A DNA stretch of 64,000 nucleotides, taken from Lingula anatina. Taxonomy: Eukaryota; Animalia; Brachiopoda. Where the stretch lies: contig CM120649.1 of NCBI GenBank assembly GCA_051362555.1, forward strand, positions 17,684,567 to 17,748,566, given 5' to 3'. Shown in pieces: positions 1 through 13,129 of this stretch. A program made the translations under genes and the position numbers. Position 1 is the stretch's first letter, and each line of letters starts with the position of its first letter. The notes beneath the pieces were generated by a model. The model was given only the letters and a program-made list of their open reading frames with translations. It made no database searches and was not told the origin of the DNA.

Positions 1-950
1 GAGGGTACAGTCACACTGCTATCAGTCAATTAAGCACACATATAGTATGCCCTGATTTCAAACAAAAAATTTCATGTCCTTTACATTCAAGGAGATTTGA
101 TGCCTTTTCCAATATTGCACATTCTGATGACATTTAGTAAGTAAATTTCCCTTTTTTTACTTTAAATTATATTTAGTTCTTTTGTATTCTGCGTAAGTTA
201 TAATGTAATTATTTGTCTAGGTGTTTAAAAAATCAATACAAAATGCATCTTCATTTGATTCCAAACAGGCGAGAAAAGCAAACAAAGACTATATAGACTT
301 CCTGTTCACAGAGCACTTATCCTATCACCAAACCATACCTATCTTAGAAAACAAAGGAGGAAAACAGAAGATATCTAAAGCAAAAAGTTGGAAAACAACA
401 CTTAATATTTGGCCAGAAAGGTATACATCTTTTGTAAAAACATGCTACACCCAAGTGGTTTTTTTTTTCCTGACGAAGATATGAAATACATATCACTCAT
501 CCTTGTGATAGCAGAGGCATTACCATGGAAAACCCTTCTCTTCGCTGACAGTTCCCAATTATTCAAAACAAGTTGCCATGGCAACACAGGATAGTACCAT
601 TAGTCTACAGGCTTGGCATTAAAAAGCCATGCGAAGTCCAGCCGCGGAATGGGCAGACTTCAAAGCAAACCTAATCGTCCAATCAGGAAATGGGGAATTT
701 TAACACCAGGAGATTGTAAAGCATGCAGGTGTGAGACAAGTGAGCAAGAACGAGACGTGAAATCGTCAGGACACGAAGTGCATAATGCTTCCACGTTAAT
801 GCCCGTCCATGCCCATTGAGACCAGACAAGGTCTAACATGACATGAGCTTGGAGGAATTGATACTGCACAGTCAAAGAAATTGAATAACACTTCTTCACT
901 CTTGTCAGCCTCTTTACTTATGTGTGACATGTTGGTCACTTTGTTTGACA

Positions 951-1027
951 GTGTGTGTGTGTGTGTGTGTGTGTGTGAGTGAAAGAGAGAGAGAGAGACA
1001 GAGATAGAGACAGAGAGACAGATAGAG
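951..1027. repeat. Compound microsatellite (GT)n-(GA/GACA)n
   Basis: Directly visible GT run followed by GA/GACA run. Confidence 0.95.
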
Positions 1028-1222
1028 CATTCTTCAGTAATTATAGGTTTTCCATAAAATCTCCTCTACCCTAAAATATGATAATAAAAATAAAAAAAAT
1101 AAGAAGTTGAATAGTGCACTGTTGTAAGTATGATTTCAAAAATGATACAAATTGATAAAATCATTACAAGCAAAAGTACAAGTACCATTACAACAGCAAC
1201 AAGACTTATAACAGTAACTTAC

Positions 1223-1293
1223 TTCTTATCGCGGGGCGCCAGACCTCGAACCACACAAATGTTCTTTTGATTGTTGTCAAAACGGAATAACAT
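1223..1293 (-). CDS. Candidate coding part of an alternative first exon of the host gene (MLFRFDNNQKNICVVRGLAPRDK, phase-2 donor)
   Basis: Minus strand: ATG at 1293, 23 codons + 2 nt, then AA|GTAAGT (GT at 1222-1221), a consensus donor. The ATG is directly preceded by ATG CCA AAT AGA TAA. No homology recognised. Confidence 0.4.
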
Positions 1294-4027
1294 TTATCTA
1301 TTTGGCATGCTTTGCTGTGTCATATGACTCTTTGCAGACTTGGCTGACACAACATGGAATTACTTCGTAAAAAGTGCAGAACCGCTGACACATAATCCAC
1401 TAAAATATGGCTTCATTTCACTCCACAAACCAGCTTCCACTAACATTCATTCCTTGTTTTTTCTTAGTATTTCGAATTTTTTTGATCAGTAGCCTTGCTG
1501 CCTCAAAGTCAATTAAAATGTGTCTATGGTCAATTCCTCAAAAAACATTTTTTACTCTGGCTCTCCAAAGATAACATAGAAAATGTTGATTGCAGCCAGT
1601 CAGAAGTTGGTAAACAAAATACCACATGACCTGACCCAACCTCAGCAAGGTGTAATGCAATCAAATTCCCCCTTTGACAGCATTACATCACAAGGCACTG
1701 GAGTAAAAGAAAAATAACTTTGTCCAATTTTTCATGTGCCCTTACTGTGGATCCACCATCATTTTCTGATATTTTTTATAATTCTAGAAAAAAAAAATAC
1801 AAAAGCAGATCCTTCTTCATGAAAAAAATTACAAAACATTTACTAACCTCTAGCTATACTTCATTTCTTAAGAGACATGTTATCTAAGAAATAAAATCAG
1901 ACTACAAGTGCTTATCCAAATTCCTTCTTTAAGTTCATAATTTCTCTCTACTTTTTACTATGGCTCGTGAAATTACTCACATCTGTGAAAATACATAGCA
2001 TTTACTTAAGAAAATGGCTAGGTACTTTTTAGGGGTATTTTTTACCTTGTTCGCCATTTGTGTCCATTATACTGACGATCTGAAAATATCAACTCTCACA
2101 GATAACTTCCTGGTGCAAATGTAAATATTTTATATTCTGTCAAATAAAACATATCTATATTATGTTTAGCCAGCAGAGTAAATTCCCATGAACCTAACAT
2201 TCCTGAACACTTCAGTGTTATCAATATCAGAGGTATTTGTTCTCCGAATTTTTTTAAAACTATTTCTGTCACAATCATTTTCCAACTGTCACATGTGTCC
2301 GCCTGTCAATGTCTATATCTGTCTGTCTGTCTGTCTGTCTGTCTGTCGAACTATGACAAAATATGACACATTTTGTTTCCCTAATCTATACATCATCCAC
2401 CCCCTTTTTTTAAAAAATGTCATTTAATTTCATTTCATTCATTCATCCCCCCATCTTTCTATCTGCTCTGCAATCATATAGACATACACACTGACCTAGA
2501 ACTCATAATCAAACGCTTCGTTCTGAGTCATGCTTCTTCTCGGTGGGTGATCTCCCCCAGGGGGCAGAAGGGGCACCTCACTGTTGTGCCAGCTAATATT
2601 TTCTCTCGCTTTTGTCACAAAGGCAGCAGCAAACATATTACCACTGCCTGAGGAAGGAAAAGCCAGTGTGTGCTGACATTACAAAATACTCTTAGCATGT
2701 TGATTTCGCCATTCACGCCATGTCCATTTTGCGTAAATTTCCCCCGACGAAATAAACAGAGATTACAATGTTCTTTTCATTTGGGTTTCAGTTTCATATT
2801 GGGTGTCCATTTTGTGTTAATGTCCCCAAATGAATCCAACAGAGAAAGTCTTCTTTTCATGTTAACGACAAAACATTTCTGAATTATTCATCAAACATTA
2901 ACAAGAAAGCGTTTAAGGGGCCATACAATGTTAAGTTATAGGAAGCTTTTATCTTATACGTGGCACAAACTTCTTGTTATTTGTGGCACATTTAGAAGTA
3001 GGGTTCAAACAAACTTCCTGTTTATTACTTTTTTTCCTCCAAAGACACTTCAAAACCTGTTCAACGGGTTTAACTGCTGGTGCCTTTTCAATCCTTTCTT
3101 GAAAAAGAGAAAGAAAAGAAAAAAAAAACTTGAACTTGATCTAAGATAAAGAAAATAATACTATTACTAGTATTTGAAAAAAAAATAACTACTTTGCCTT
3201 ACTTTTTTCAAAAAAGGGAAAACTTCAATAATCATAAAGCAAGCCACATCAATTCATACAAAGCAGATATTTCAGCTAAATCACGACAGACCATACATCC
3301 ATCAGACAGGAAACAAAGCTTTTCCAGCTATCATTACAACATTACGTCACCAACATCACGCGCCAGTGATCAAGGGAATCGGTAATGGCTAAAATCCATG
3401 AAAAGAAAAAAAAAATCACCACTTTTGACTCTTCTGCATCAATTTTCAATATTAATACTTAGGAACATAGCTTAATTAATATAACCTTGTCCAAACCTCA
3501 ACAACTGATCTCTCAGGTTTTTGACCTGGCTGTGAAATTTTGAGTCACCCCAAATTTCCTCCCTGTCCTTGTAAGCATCAGTGGAGGGTCATCCACCACA
3601 AACTGAGTGACCTTTAACTTTGCCAAATAAGTTTCTTTCCCCCCTCCTGCCCTGCCTACGTGCCTAAAGGCTAAAGACTGACCCATGTTTCTTATCTTAT
3701 CCAGAGGCCCAATATATGTACCAATGACCTGCTGTTCTAAGAATTGAATGGCGTGTTTCTGTAGTTTTTTTCCCTCTCTCTCTCTCTCTCTCTTCTCCTT
3801 TGCCTGATTACATCAAGAGATTAATAACTACGTTTCCAAGAATTTTATTGTAAGAAGGCATCCCCTGCAGAGTGGGCAAAAAGAAACATTTGTTTTGTAG
3901 AGCAAACAGTATGAGTAAAAACGCCATATAGAGCAGATGTCTAAGAGAGGAGGATAAGGGGGAAAAGGGAAGGTGAGAGAGAAGGAGATAGAGGTTGCTG
4001 TGAATGTGCGTGCAAGCACGCGGATGT

Positions 4028-4030
<3 letters not shown>

Positions 4031-4098
<68 letters not shown>
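4031..4098. repeat. (AG)n microsatellite
   Basis: Perfect AG run; source of the poly-SL tract in ORF 3828..4160. Confidence 0.97.
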
Positions 4099-4101
<3 letters not shown>

Positions 4102-5902
4102 ACACCTCTCACCTCATTTGCCTTATCACCAAATACTACAACAACAACGCCTAAATGCATGCCTCAATGTATTTAACTTAAGTCTAAAGTTCTTCATAAA
4201 TAATCAAAATTACAGCACCTCCCATTGTAATTCTAAACAGCTGCCTTGTGGCTACTATTAAACACTGAAAATACATCTTTCTTTTCTCAACAAATAGGTC
4301 AGGAGCATGCAAAGTCACTGCAGTAATTCTCTACAGCTTAAATTATCCAGAGCTGTGGTCTTATCAACGGCCATGTTGGCCTACACTAAAAAACAGCACT
4401 ATTCCCATCGTCTCTTCAATAAAATTAAATTTATTAGACTATTAGCAATAGTCCGATAACCCGTTCTGTTGTTACATTATCTTCCCATCCACAACATTTT
4501 CCCACAGTTAAAGCTAGCATCACTCACCCATTCGTATCCCCATAGGCTTTCCAATTAAATTTCAATAAGCCGCCCATCCGTTCCTGAAATTACCACAATA
4601 TAAAATGTCTACCACGAAGTCGGCTATACGCAGCTTAGCCTGAAGGTCTTTAAGAAAGAAACATCAGCTTTTTTCACGAGTCTCTCATAAAATCCAAATA
4701 GGTCACCAGGCCACAATGCCTAGCATGTGATGTTCAGTAGTCTTATGGCCTCAGAGTTTTAGCCACTCAAAATCTTCTCGTCACAAACTTTTCCACATCT
4801 CTCTAATAAAACCCAAACAGGTCAGCACCTTGCTATATCCTCCATTCATATTAACACCAGTTATCTACCCCTCTGTCTCTAAATCCCCTTTGCCTCACTA
4901 AATCAACATTAATCTCTCTTCGTGACCCGGCCAATGACGACGCCACACAATAGCCTCCCTACCAGGACAAACACAGAACAAACACACAGCCGTGCAGCCA
5001 ATAAATAGATTGCAATTGACTTAATATTTAGACTGAGGTGAGGCTTGTATACCTGGCCACGCCACCGTTATAACCTGTATAGCACGGACGACGGAGCAGC
5101 CGTCTGCGGTGACTTGACTTCCCCGTAACAAAAACATCACTTAAAATCAGTATTAAACATTACGAAACAAGTGACTAGTCTCTTTGATACAGGTGATACA
5201 AAACCCTACAGGCAATAAAAACACCACTCACCCATTAATACCAACAATATAGCACAGAGGAGGAAGAAATAACAGACTGCCTTGTTGACTTATCTTAACA
5301 CAAAAACACTCAAGTAATGGACACAGTAATAAGAATTAGCCGAGAATGCCATACCTACGCAAGGAATCATTAACACCATAACACATATAGTACACAATCC
5401 CCTAACTCTATGACTGAATACAATGAAAGACCAGCTAATCCGCCAGGCAGGGCGTCATAAAGCCCTTCAGATAATATTCACTGTTCAAACCCCTCACACT
5501 TAATTCTGAATAACAGCAAAGTTAATTAATAATAGATGTCTGGAGAGCCAGGTAGACGGGGTGAATTTTCTCTCACAATGAGGGCTGTGGTGGTGTAGCT
5601 AGGCAGTGGAACCAGAGGCTGACCCTGCCTTCTTTAAACACAGCAGCTTCTAGCCAAAGAAACGGCTGGTTGCTCTGTTCAATAAAACAAATCTCTACCC
5701 GCTACATAAAATATTAGACAAAACTGCTGGTAGTGTATGTATAAATAATATATATACACTGCAGGCTGAATAGAAGCTGAGGGAATGGGCTATATTCAAC
5801 GTTCCCACCACATTTCAAAGGCCATTAAACGACATACTGTAAAGCACATGCAAGCGGCACACAAAGACCTGTTTCATACGCCTCACTGCCCTTAACCCAT
5901 AC

Positions 5903-6110
5903 CTTAATCCACCGCGGTTTCTTCCAAATCCATGGCTGTAACTACTTCACCAATCACCCACCAGGTGCTAAGATAATCCCTCGGTGAAAAAACAATCAAC
6001 TTTTTTTCCGATATTTCCTCCAAAATGGACGACAAATGGGTAGCAGATGAGGAAAAAAAGCAGCCTAGAATGTATCCTGCTCCAGCTGGCTAGCTAGTGC
6101 TACTATCTCG
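5903..6110 (-). other. Candidate first (5'UTR) exon with short uORF MDLEETAVD*
   Basis: Donor AAG|GTATGG at 5903/5902. The first minus-strand ATG downstream of the motif cluster at 6136-6370 is GCCATGG (ATG at 5933), with TAA at 5906-5904. The 5' boundary is approximate. Confidence 0.35.
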
Positions 6111-6135
6111 CCAGTAAGGCAGACGTCTGCTCGCC

Positions 6136-6368
6136 GGGTCATGTGACCTGGGGATATTATGCCAATGGCTGACCTGAGACTGACCTTTTGACCCCTAATC
6201 TGTTAAGGCCCAATAATTCTAGCTCAGGTGAGGGAGAGGGGGGGAGGCACTGGTCAGTTATATGGAGAGGGACAGTGGTCAGGGTGACCAGACTGACCAC
6301 TGATATTAATCAGATGTTTAAGTGTCCACTTAGTGATATCTGACTAGGGATCAATCACTGTTGGTCAT
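6136..6368 (-). promoter_or_regulatory. Promoter-like motif cluster: E/M-box GTCATGTGAC, CCAAT box, nuclear-receptor DR5+DR2
   Basis: GGGTCATGTGACCT 6136-6149; CCAAT 6162-6166; TGACCT-gagac-TGACCT-tt-TGACCC 6170-6194; ten GGTCA/TGACC pentamers in about 230 bp; G-rich tract around 6230-6247. Confidence 0.55.
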
Positions 6369-7727
6369 GCAATCGCAAGGACATACTTCCAAAGTGCAAT
6401 AGACATATGAGGACTTTCTCTTTCTCACCTAAGGCCAATTACACAAAATAACTTTGGAACGAAAGTTGGTCCTTACTTTAACTATAATATTATCGGTCTA
6501 CTTTGACCCCAGTTAAACCAGTAGTATCCTCTTAATGAAATACAGAGCCTGTTTTTATTTTTTTATTTTTTTCACTTTAAATTAAAGTCATGAAAGTTGA
6601 AGATCTACATCATCAAGGAGGGAGCTCTTTTTTCGCCACCATTTTATAGTCTTCTCACATGCAGGAACTCCTTTATCAAACTGTCACCTTCAAACAAACA
6701 GACATTTTAAGTAGAAACTATGATAAGTTAAGCTGAGATAAGTGGAAAATACACTTCCTACAATGGTTTAAATGGAAGATAAGAGGACATAAGAGACACT
6801 ATGGAAGCAAAACCGGTTGGGAAGAAAGCAAAGCATTACTAAGGTCACGTTGTCCATTTATTTCCTAGCTGCTCCATTAAACTGAGTGGGACTTTTTCTT
6901 TAAGTCTCATTTTCTTTTTCATGAATAAAATGCCCCCTTTAATGACGATGTTGTAAAGAAAGTCATGCATGAGGACTGTCAACTCCTCCTCTATAAGTAT
7001 GGATGTCTATGTTTGAATCAAGTCAAATATTACACACATGCTATGGCAGCCGAGTCCACTCTAGAGTTTAAAACTTCATCCATGTGCCAGATATATTCTA
7101 ATCTGACTCTCAGGGAACCTGTTTAAGCTAGTGTGTCATGATTTGTTTTAGTTCAAAAGTCGGCATCAACTATTTACTATCCAGCTGTTTGTTGAAAATA
7201 AAATTCTACCCCCACATTAAGCCAGGATCATAAAGTACAAAAAGGAGAAAAATATGGTCCAGACAAATAACGAAGAAATGATATAAGATACAAGAACAAA
7301 CATAAACAACATGTAAAATTTCCTTGTTGAAATGTGGAAAACAGAACTTCTAAATCCTCTCCCCAAATGGATGTAAAAGAATGCAAGAATGGGGACTAAA
7401 AAAAAAAGAGAAACTTAAAATACTCAAATCTTCAGAGGTGAAATCACTTTTCAAGTCACAGACCTGTTCAATAATATTTAACAAACATACCCCAAAGCTG
7501 ACAAGAAAAGAAAGAGAAGAAAAAACTATTTTGACAGTGATTCATACTCATCCTTGCTGTGTGACAGTTTTATTAAACATAAACTTCCTTCTTACACTGA
7601 CAACAAACATCTATTCCATTACAAAAGAAATCAATACTTTAGGTAGCATCTCTGTTGTTAGGAGCAGAAAAGAAAGTATTTCGGTGCCCCTTCTCTCCTT
7701 AAGGGCAGAAATAGCTGAAGTGCTGCA

Positions 7728-7728
<1 letters not shown>

Positions 7729-7792
<64 letters not shown>
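7729..7792. repeat. (TG)n microsatellite (with a CT-rich tract at about 7865-7980)
   Basis: Directly visible; explains the CV/HT/SL/RE-repeat ORFs. Confidence 0.97.
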
Positions 7793-7793
<1 letters not shown>

Positions 7794-7919
7794 ATACATG
7801 CATGCACTCACAGTAGCGTATATTCATCACTCACCCACTCTAAGAAAACGAAACTAAATAGTTGCTTTTCCTCCTTCCCCCCTCCAGTCCTTTCTCCTCC
7901 TCTCTCTCTTACTCTCTTT

Positions 7920-7957
<38 letters not shown>

Positions 7958-9829
7958 CCCTCCTCTCTCTCTCTCCCTCCACCATGCCCAAATCCCAAAC
8001 AGTACCACCATGTTACACAAATCACCCCAGTAGTTTTACCAACTTAATCCACTCCAGACTGCAACTCCTGCCTTGTTTTGATTGACTGAAGCTGACTGCC
8101 AGCCAGGACAAACATGTCCATTATGTCCACCAAACATAGCCCTCCTTAATACCAGTGGCCAACACACCTGTGGTCAAACTGTACTGGTGTTACTAGATGA
8201 CCCTTTACTGGTTTGGCTGATAGATGTGGTTTCATTTTTTTTTTTAATTTATACGAAGTCTATATAACCAAACTTTTACCACTGCAGTTTTTATAAACAC
8301 CATATTTTTGAAGATTAAAAAAAAAAGAAAATAAATATCAAAATTTTAAGTGTGAAAGTTTGAAAGTAAATTTCCTTCATATACACTCTTAGCTCAAGCT
8401 TGCTGGGTATATTGTGACCAAATGCTATAGATTCATACATAATCTCCCAAACCTTAGGAAAATGTAAGCCAAAACAATTTATTTATCTAAAACCTACCAG
8501 TTAATTGACTAAAATGAATGCCGTGCTACAGTGAGCCCAAATACAGTACTACATCTGTTCTCTTTCCAATCTGATGTTTTAATAATTTCAAGGCACTTCT
8601 AAAATCAAGGGTCTTCATTCAGCATATCGTCTTTAATAAAAAAACAGATGTTCAGGTGTTTCTGTAACACAAGCACCTCTCATACCTAGACCAGTTAATG
8701 CTGTGGTCAGTCTCTGGACTGTTTACCTGGCTTAACCTTTACTGGACCATGGGCAGGTGAGGCGCAATAGCACAGCCCTGTTTCCTAAGTCTTAACTTAA
8801 AAAAAGAAAAAGCTGCTCATTCTGCACTGTTAAGAATGTTCCTAACAACTAATAACTTTCCAAATCCTCTACACTTTATAGCTTATTTTGATAGTCTTGG
8901 CTACAATTTTTATCTTAATATTTTTCATTTCTTAAAAGTACTCTTTTCAACAAAGCAATTAGAGTCCTTTTGCCACTAATGAAAACTGAAATTTGTTGAC
9001 CTTTTCCCAGAACCTACACTAAGGCGATATAGAAAGAATCATGGGAACAGATGAATGTCAACATTCCATATGGGCTAAAAATTCGGCATATTTGACCACA
9101 TTTAACCTGTACGCTGACCAAAGGTAAGAACAAGTTCAAGCACCATATTTCTATCTTTAACAATTCTCAGTTATTCTCTTTCATTTCTAACATTTTGAGA
9201 GAGCAAGGGAGGGGGGGGGGGGGGAGACTACTTGTTCCTACAAAATGGAAAAAAATGCTGTTCAACTGTAACTTTTCAATGCTAACCCATTATAGAGCCA
9301 TATAAACAAGCTTCAAAATGCATTCAACTCTTTAGTTTCAACATCTGTCATTTCCAGTTGTAAATAAAATATAAAATATTGTCTGTACAATTTGATTATT
9401 TAAGGAAGAATTAAGGCACCATCGTTACACTCCCAGTGTTCACAAATTAAAGCCATTTCCAGGCCCCTCCCCTCTGCTTTCTTGATTACTAATCAAAGGT
9501 GTAGTGGCAAAATAACATGTCAACACAAATCAGTGAAAAAATCCACTCCATGTTTAAGGAGGGTGGACGGGGTACAAATTTCTAAAAACTTCAGGTCAAG
9601 TTCCACTTCCCACTCCAAAATGACTCCAACTGTTGCCGTGGCATCTAGAGACAAGTTTACACAGCACCAGTGGCTCTGCTGACAAGCCTGGATCACTGAG
9701 AGCAGAGCCACTTGTGTGACTATCATATCAAATAAATGAATGCAGACAATAAATAAAGAAAACCTAGTAAAGGAACCTAGAAATCCAAAGACAAGTGCCA
9801 GCAGTTTGGGTTCCAAAACCTGAGGCAAT

Positions 9830-10004
9830 GGCCCCGTTCAGAATAGGGGACTAACTACTCCGATGGTCAAATATGGCCGACCCACTTGAGTACTTCTCCA
9901 CTGGATATCTATTCAGTGTCTATTAGCGGATTAGACAGCAAGCTTTATAGTATGTCCCCATATTTGACCCTCGGACTAGTTAGTCCCCTGTTCTGAATGA
10001 GGCC
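9830..10004. mobile_element. MITE family A, copy 1 (PIF/Harbinger-like; 3-bp TSD AAT)
   Basis: Left end GGCCCCGTTCAGAATAGGGGACTAACTA; reverse complement of right end GGCCTCATTCAGAACAGGGGACTAACTA. Inner inverted pair GGTCAAATATGG / CCATATTTGACC. AAT flanks both ends (9827-9829, 10005-10007). Superfamily inferred from GG termini and 3-bp TSD. Confidence 0.8.
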
Positions 10005-10181
10005 AATGTCTCCTGACTCATTTAAAGCATGAACTTCCATTTGACAATCACCTAGATATGAACTCACTGCATGAAGTAATGCAGCCAATTTGCACAAAGA
10101 AGCCAGAGTTACATATATCTCTGGTATCACAGGGCCATGTTATAAATTTGATCTGAGGTTTGTCAAATAACAAGGCATCAA

Positions 10182-10360
10182 GTGCATTCAGAATAGTGAA
10201 CTAACAGATCCTGATCAAATACGGCCGACCCACTTGAATGCTTGTTGCGTAAACCCCACAGGGAATCTATTCAGTATCTAATTGGGAATTAGGCAACAAG
10301 GTTTTAAGTGAGTTCACCATATCTGACCCATGGATCTGTTAGTTCGCTGTTCTGATAGCC
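10182..10360. mobile_element. MITE family A, copy 2 (diverged)
   Basis: ATTCAGAATAGTGAACTAAC ... GTTAGTTCGCTGTTCTGA inverted ends; shares internal GGCCGACCCACTTGA with copy 1. Confidence 0.75.
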
Positions 10361-12809
10361 TTCAAGTAAATTCTACGGCAACTCCCTAAAAGAATGCAAA
10401 TACTCCTGATAGCAATGTGTTCACAATAACAGAAAAATTCTCATAAATTTAATATGGAGTTACAGTCAAAGAACAGATTAAAAAAAAAAAGTGAAGTATG
10501 CTAAAGGTATTTTGTTGCTTGGTTTAAAAAAAGTTTATTAACAGACGCTAGTATTTCTGGTTTATCAATTTAATTTGTAGAATTCATATCTGGAAATGCT
10601 TTTTGATTAAAACTATTTGAAAAGGTGTTCTTGCTTTCTTTCTTTTTTTCATTTTCTAGTGTACGCTTGTGTCTTTACAATCTATGTCCGATTTCCAAGG
10701 CAAATGCTTATGGTCATTAAATTTCTATAGCAGCACATAACAGCAGGGACTAGCTAGACTCATGAATGGAGCCACACAAAGTTGTATGTTGGCCTCCCAA
10801 AGTGACTACATTACGCTTCTTTGTACACAAAAACTGCGCACACAAGTACCTGGAAAAGTAATTCCTTAGACGTGAAGCAGTACAATTTGCCATTAAGTAT
10901 CTCTAATTAAAGAAAGTAATCAAACGAAGGTCCCGCGTGTGATCAGTCCGTTATCCCAGCAGACGTCTGTTATGTCGCTGTTCAAATTATCAGCCAAGTG
11001 CAGTTGTAGATGTTCATCATGTCTGCAGCATTATCAAACAGAGGGCAGAAGTGGTATTTTTCTCATTCACAACCATCAATGTTCCATCTCAAGTGATTTT
11101 GCAGCTTCAGTTCATTTAGAAATTCAGAGGAACAAAACCCATGGGACAAAGAAGAAAAAAAAAAAAACAGAAAAACCACTTAACAAAGTGCTGATCAGCT
11201 CTGGTCTGTTTCTACAGTATCACTCCCTGTCAGCTAGGGACAGAGGTATGATGGACAAACTGTGGTTCCAGGCAAATAAGGGCAACCTATTTTGGTGCAA
11301 CCGTATCAGCCAACCATTTCATGGTTGATACACCATGGGCAGCAAATATTCTCCCATCAGTCCCCACCTCCCCCCCCCCACCACCACCACCAAGCAAAGC
11401 AAGGGAGGTCCTTCCTGTGATGGGCTAACCATTATAATTATCAGACAGTAATCATAATTATAATCTAAATAATCAAGAAAAATAATGATTTAAACCATAA
11501 TCAGATAGCCAACTAAGATAAGTCTACTAAATATAGTTGACCGGAAACTGATCTAGTTTCACAAATTTGTTGTATTATCAATTTTTCTGCTGCGTGCACA
11601 TGGCTATAACATTCAAGCTAATTCATTATTCAATGAAAATCTTTTGAGACTGTTTTTTTTTTTTTTAACCGATGGCAAAAAATGGAACACAAATACCACG
11701 GGAGCCTAACACTACTTTTCATACCTTTTCGATCGAGCAGCTTCGCTATCTTGGGACAAGACGAGACATACATATAAAGAATCAAATCTACTGAAAAATA
11801 CACTTTCGTAATCCAGGGACATAGCCCTGATAATTATTCACATCATGTTCCAAACGTACAGAGCATGCAACATTGAAAATGTGGAAAAATTGTCCAACCG
11901 GGATTCAAAGTTCCCAAGATCCTTAGTTGAGACACATGGGGTCCGCCATCATGAATGCCTCGTGAATACAAAGTGAGATATCTCTGGAGAGAAACACTGG
12001 TATTTTTATTACAGCAGACAAAGTGCTCAGATGGTATAATTATCATAAACATACCTTCAATTACCATAAACATCCCTTACAAAATGAATAAAAAGTGTAA
12101 TAATAATAATAATGATAATAATAACAACAACAACAACCACTAATTAGATAATGATAAAATTACAGTAATTATAAAAGAAATATTAAAAGAAAAAAAAAAC
12201 ACAAAGTCTTCAGTTTCTATCCTATCATTAACTTGCCCTTTTCTGAGTAAGAATATGATCTGGGAGAGATGATAAAAAGGTCAAACAAATCTGGCAATAA
12301 GTCATCTTTACAGAACACACCACGCTATATGCACACAAAACATGGCTTTCATTTTCAAATTGGAAATCACTTTCTAAAACAATATTCTTTTTTAAGTTTT
12401 GGAAGTTTAATAACATTTCATGGGAAAAAAATATATATATTGCACACGGTCCAAAACTTGATTTTGACTCTTAAACATGCGAGCATTTTTCTTATACAAA
12501 ATAAATTTCCTATGAGAGACATGAAAGGTCAGACGACCCTATTTCTGTGGCGCAGCCATGGTGCTTGCTGCACACGAGGCTTACAAAATATAAAACTTAT
12601 CAGCTGCTTCAAAGGTCAGCTTGAGCTGCCATGTGCAGTCATACAGAGGAGATCGTATTCAATTTTGTATTAATAAGGTCTTAATCAGGGAAATATATAC
12701 ATGTATATAGCAGCAATTATTTAATGGTTTTTCTGTGTTCTTGTCCTGTTGGTATCCAATTCCCATAGACAAAGCATGTAAGGCTGTCCTATTACATTTC
12801 TTCAACAAG

Positions 12810-12812
<3 letters not shown>

Positions 12813-12852
<40 letters not shown>
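12813..12852. repeat. (AAT)n microsatellite
   Basis: Directly visible. Confidence 0.95.
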
Positions 12853-12853
<1 letters not shown>

Positions 12854-13084
12854 TGGATTCTTTCTGGCTTAACTTAAACACCAGAAACCAATGCATTAAA
12901 TGTCTTTGAGGAATTATGAAATGTCATTCGGTATGGCACATTGATTAGTGAAAGTGGAAATCACATGAAATTAAAAAAGCTACTGTCATTTAAAAAAATA
13001 TGCAAGTCACAAGTTGCATTGTATTGACCCCAAGACTCTCACAGCACATTATTGAAACATGGCCCTCTTCACATTTGAAATAAA

Positions 13085-13129
<45 letters not shown>

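Noticed and set aside
1265-1282. Partial match to miR-315 (TTTTGATTGTTG...); also let-7 seed TGAGGTAG at about 20745
   Set aside because: Only the 5' part matches and no precursor hairpin is evident.
6430-6551. Possible old MITE related to 56530-56627 (inverted) and about 52520-52625
   Set aside because: Similarity is limited to patches of about 30 bp by eye; boundaries could not be defined.
7381-8047. ORFs with CV/HT/SL/RE dipeptide runs (also 3828-4160, 61475-61786)
   Set aside because: Microsatellite translations.
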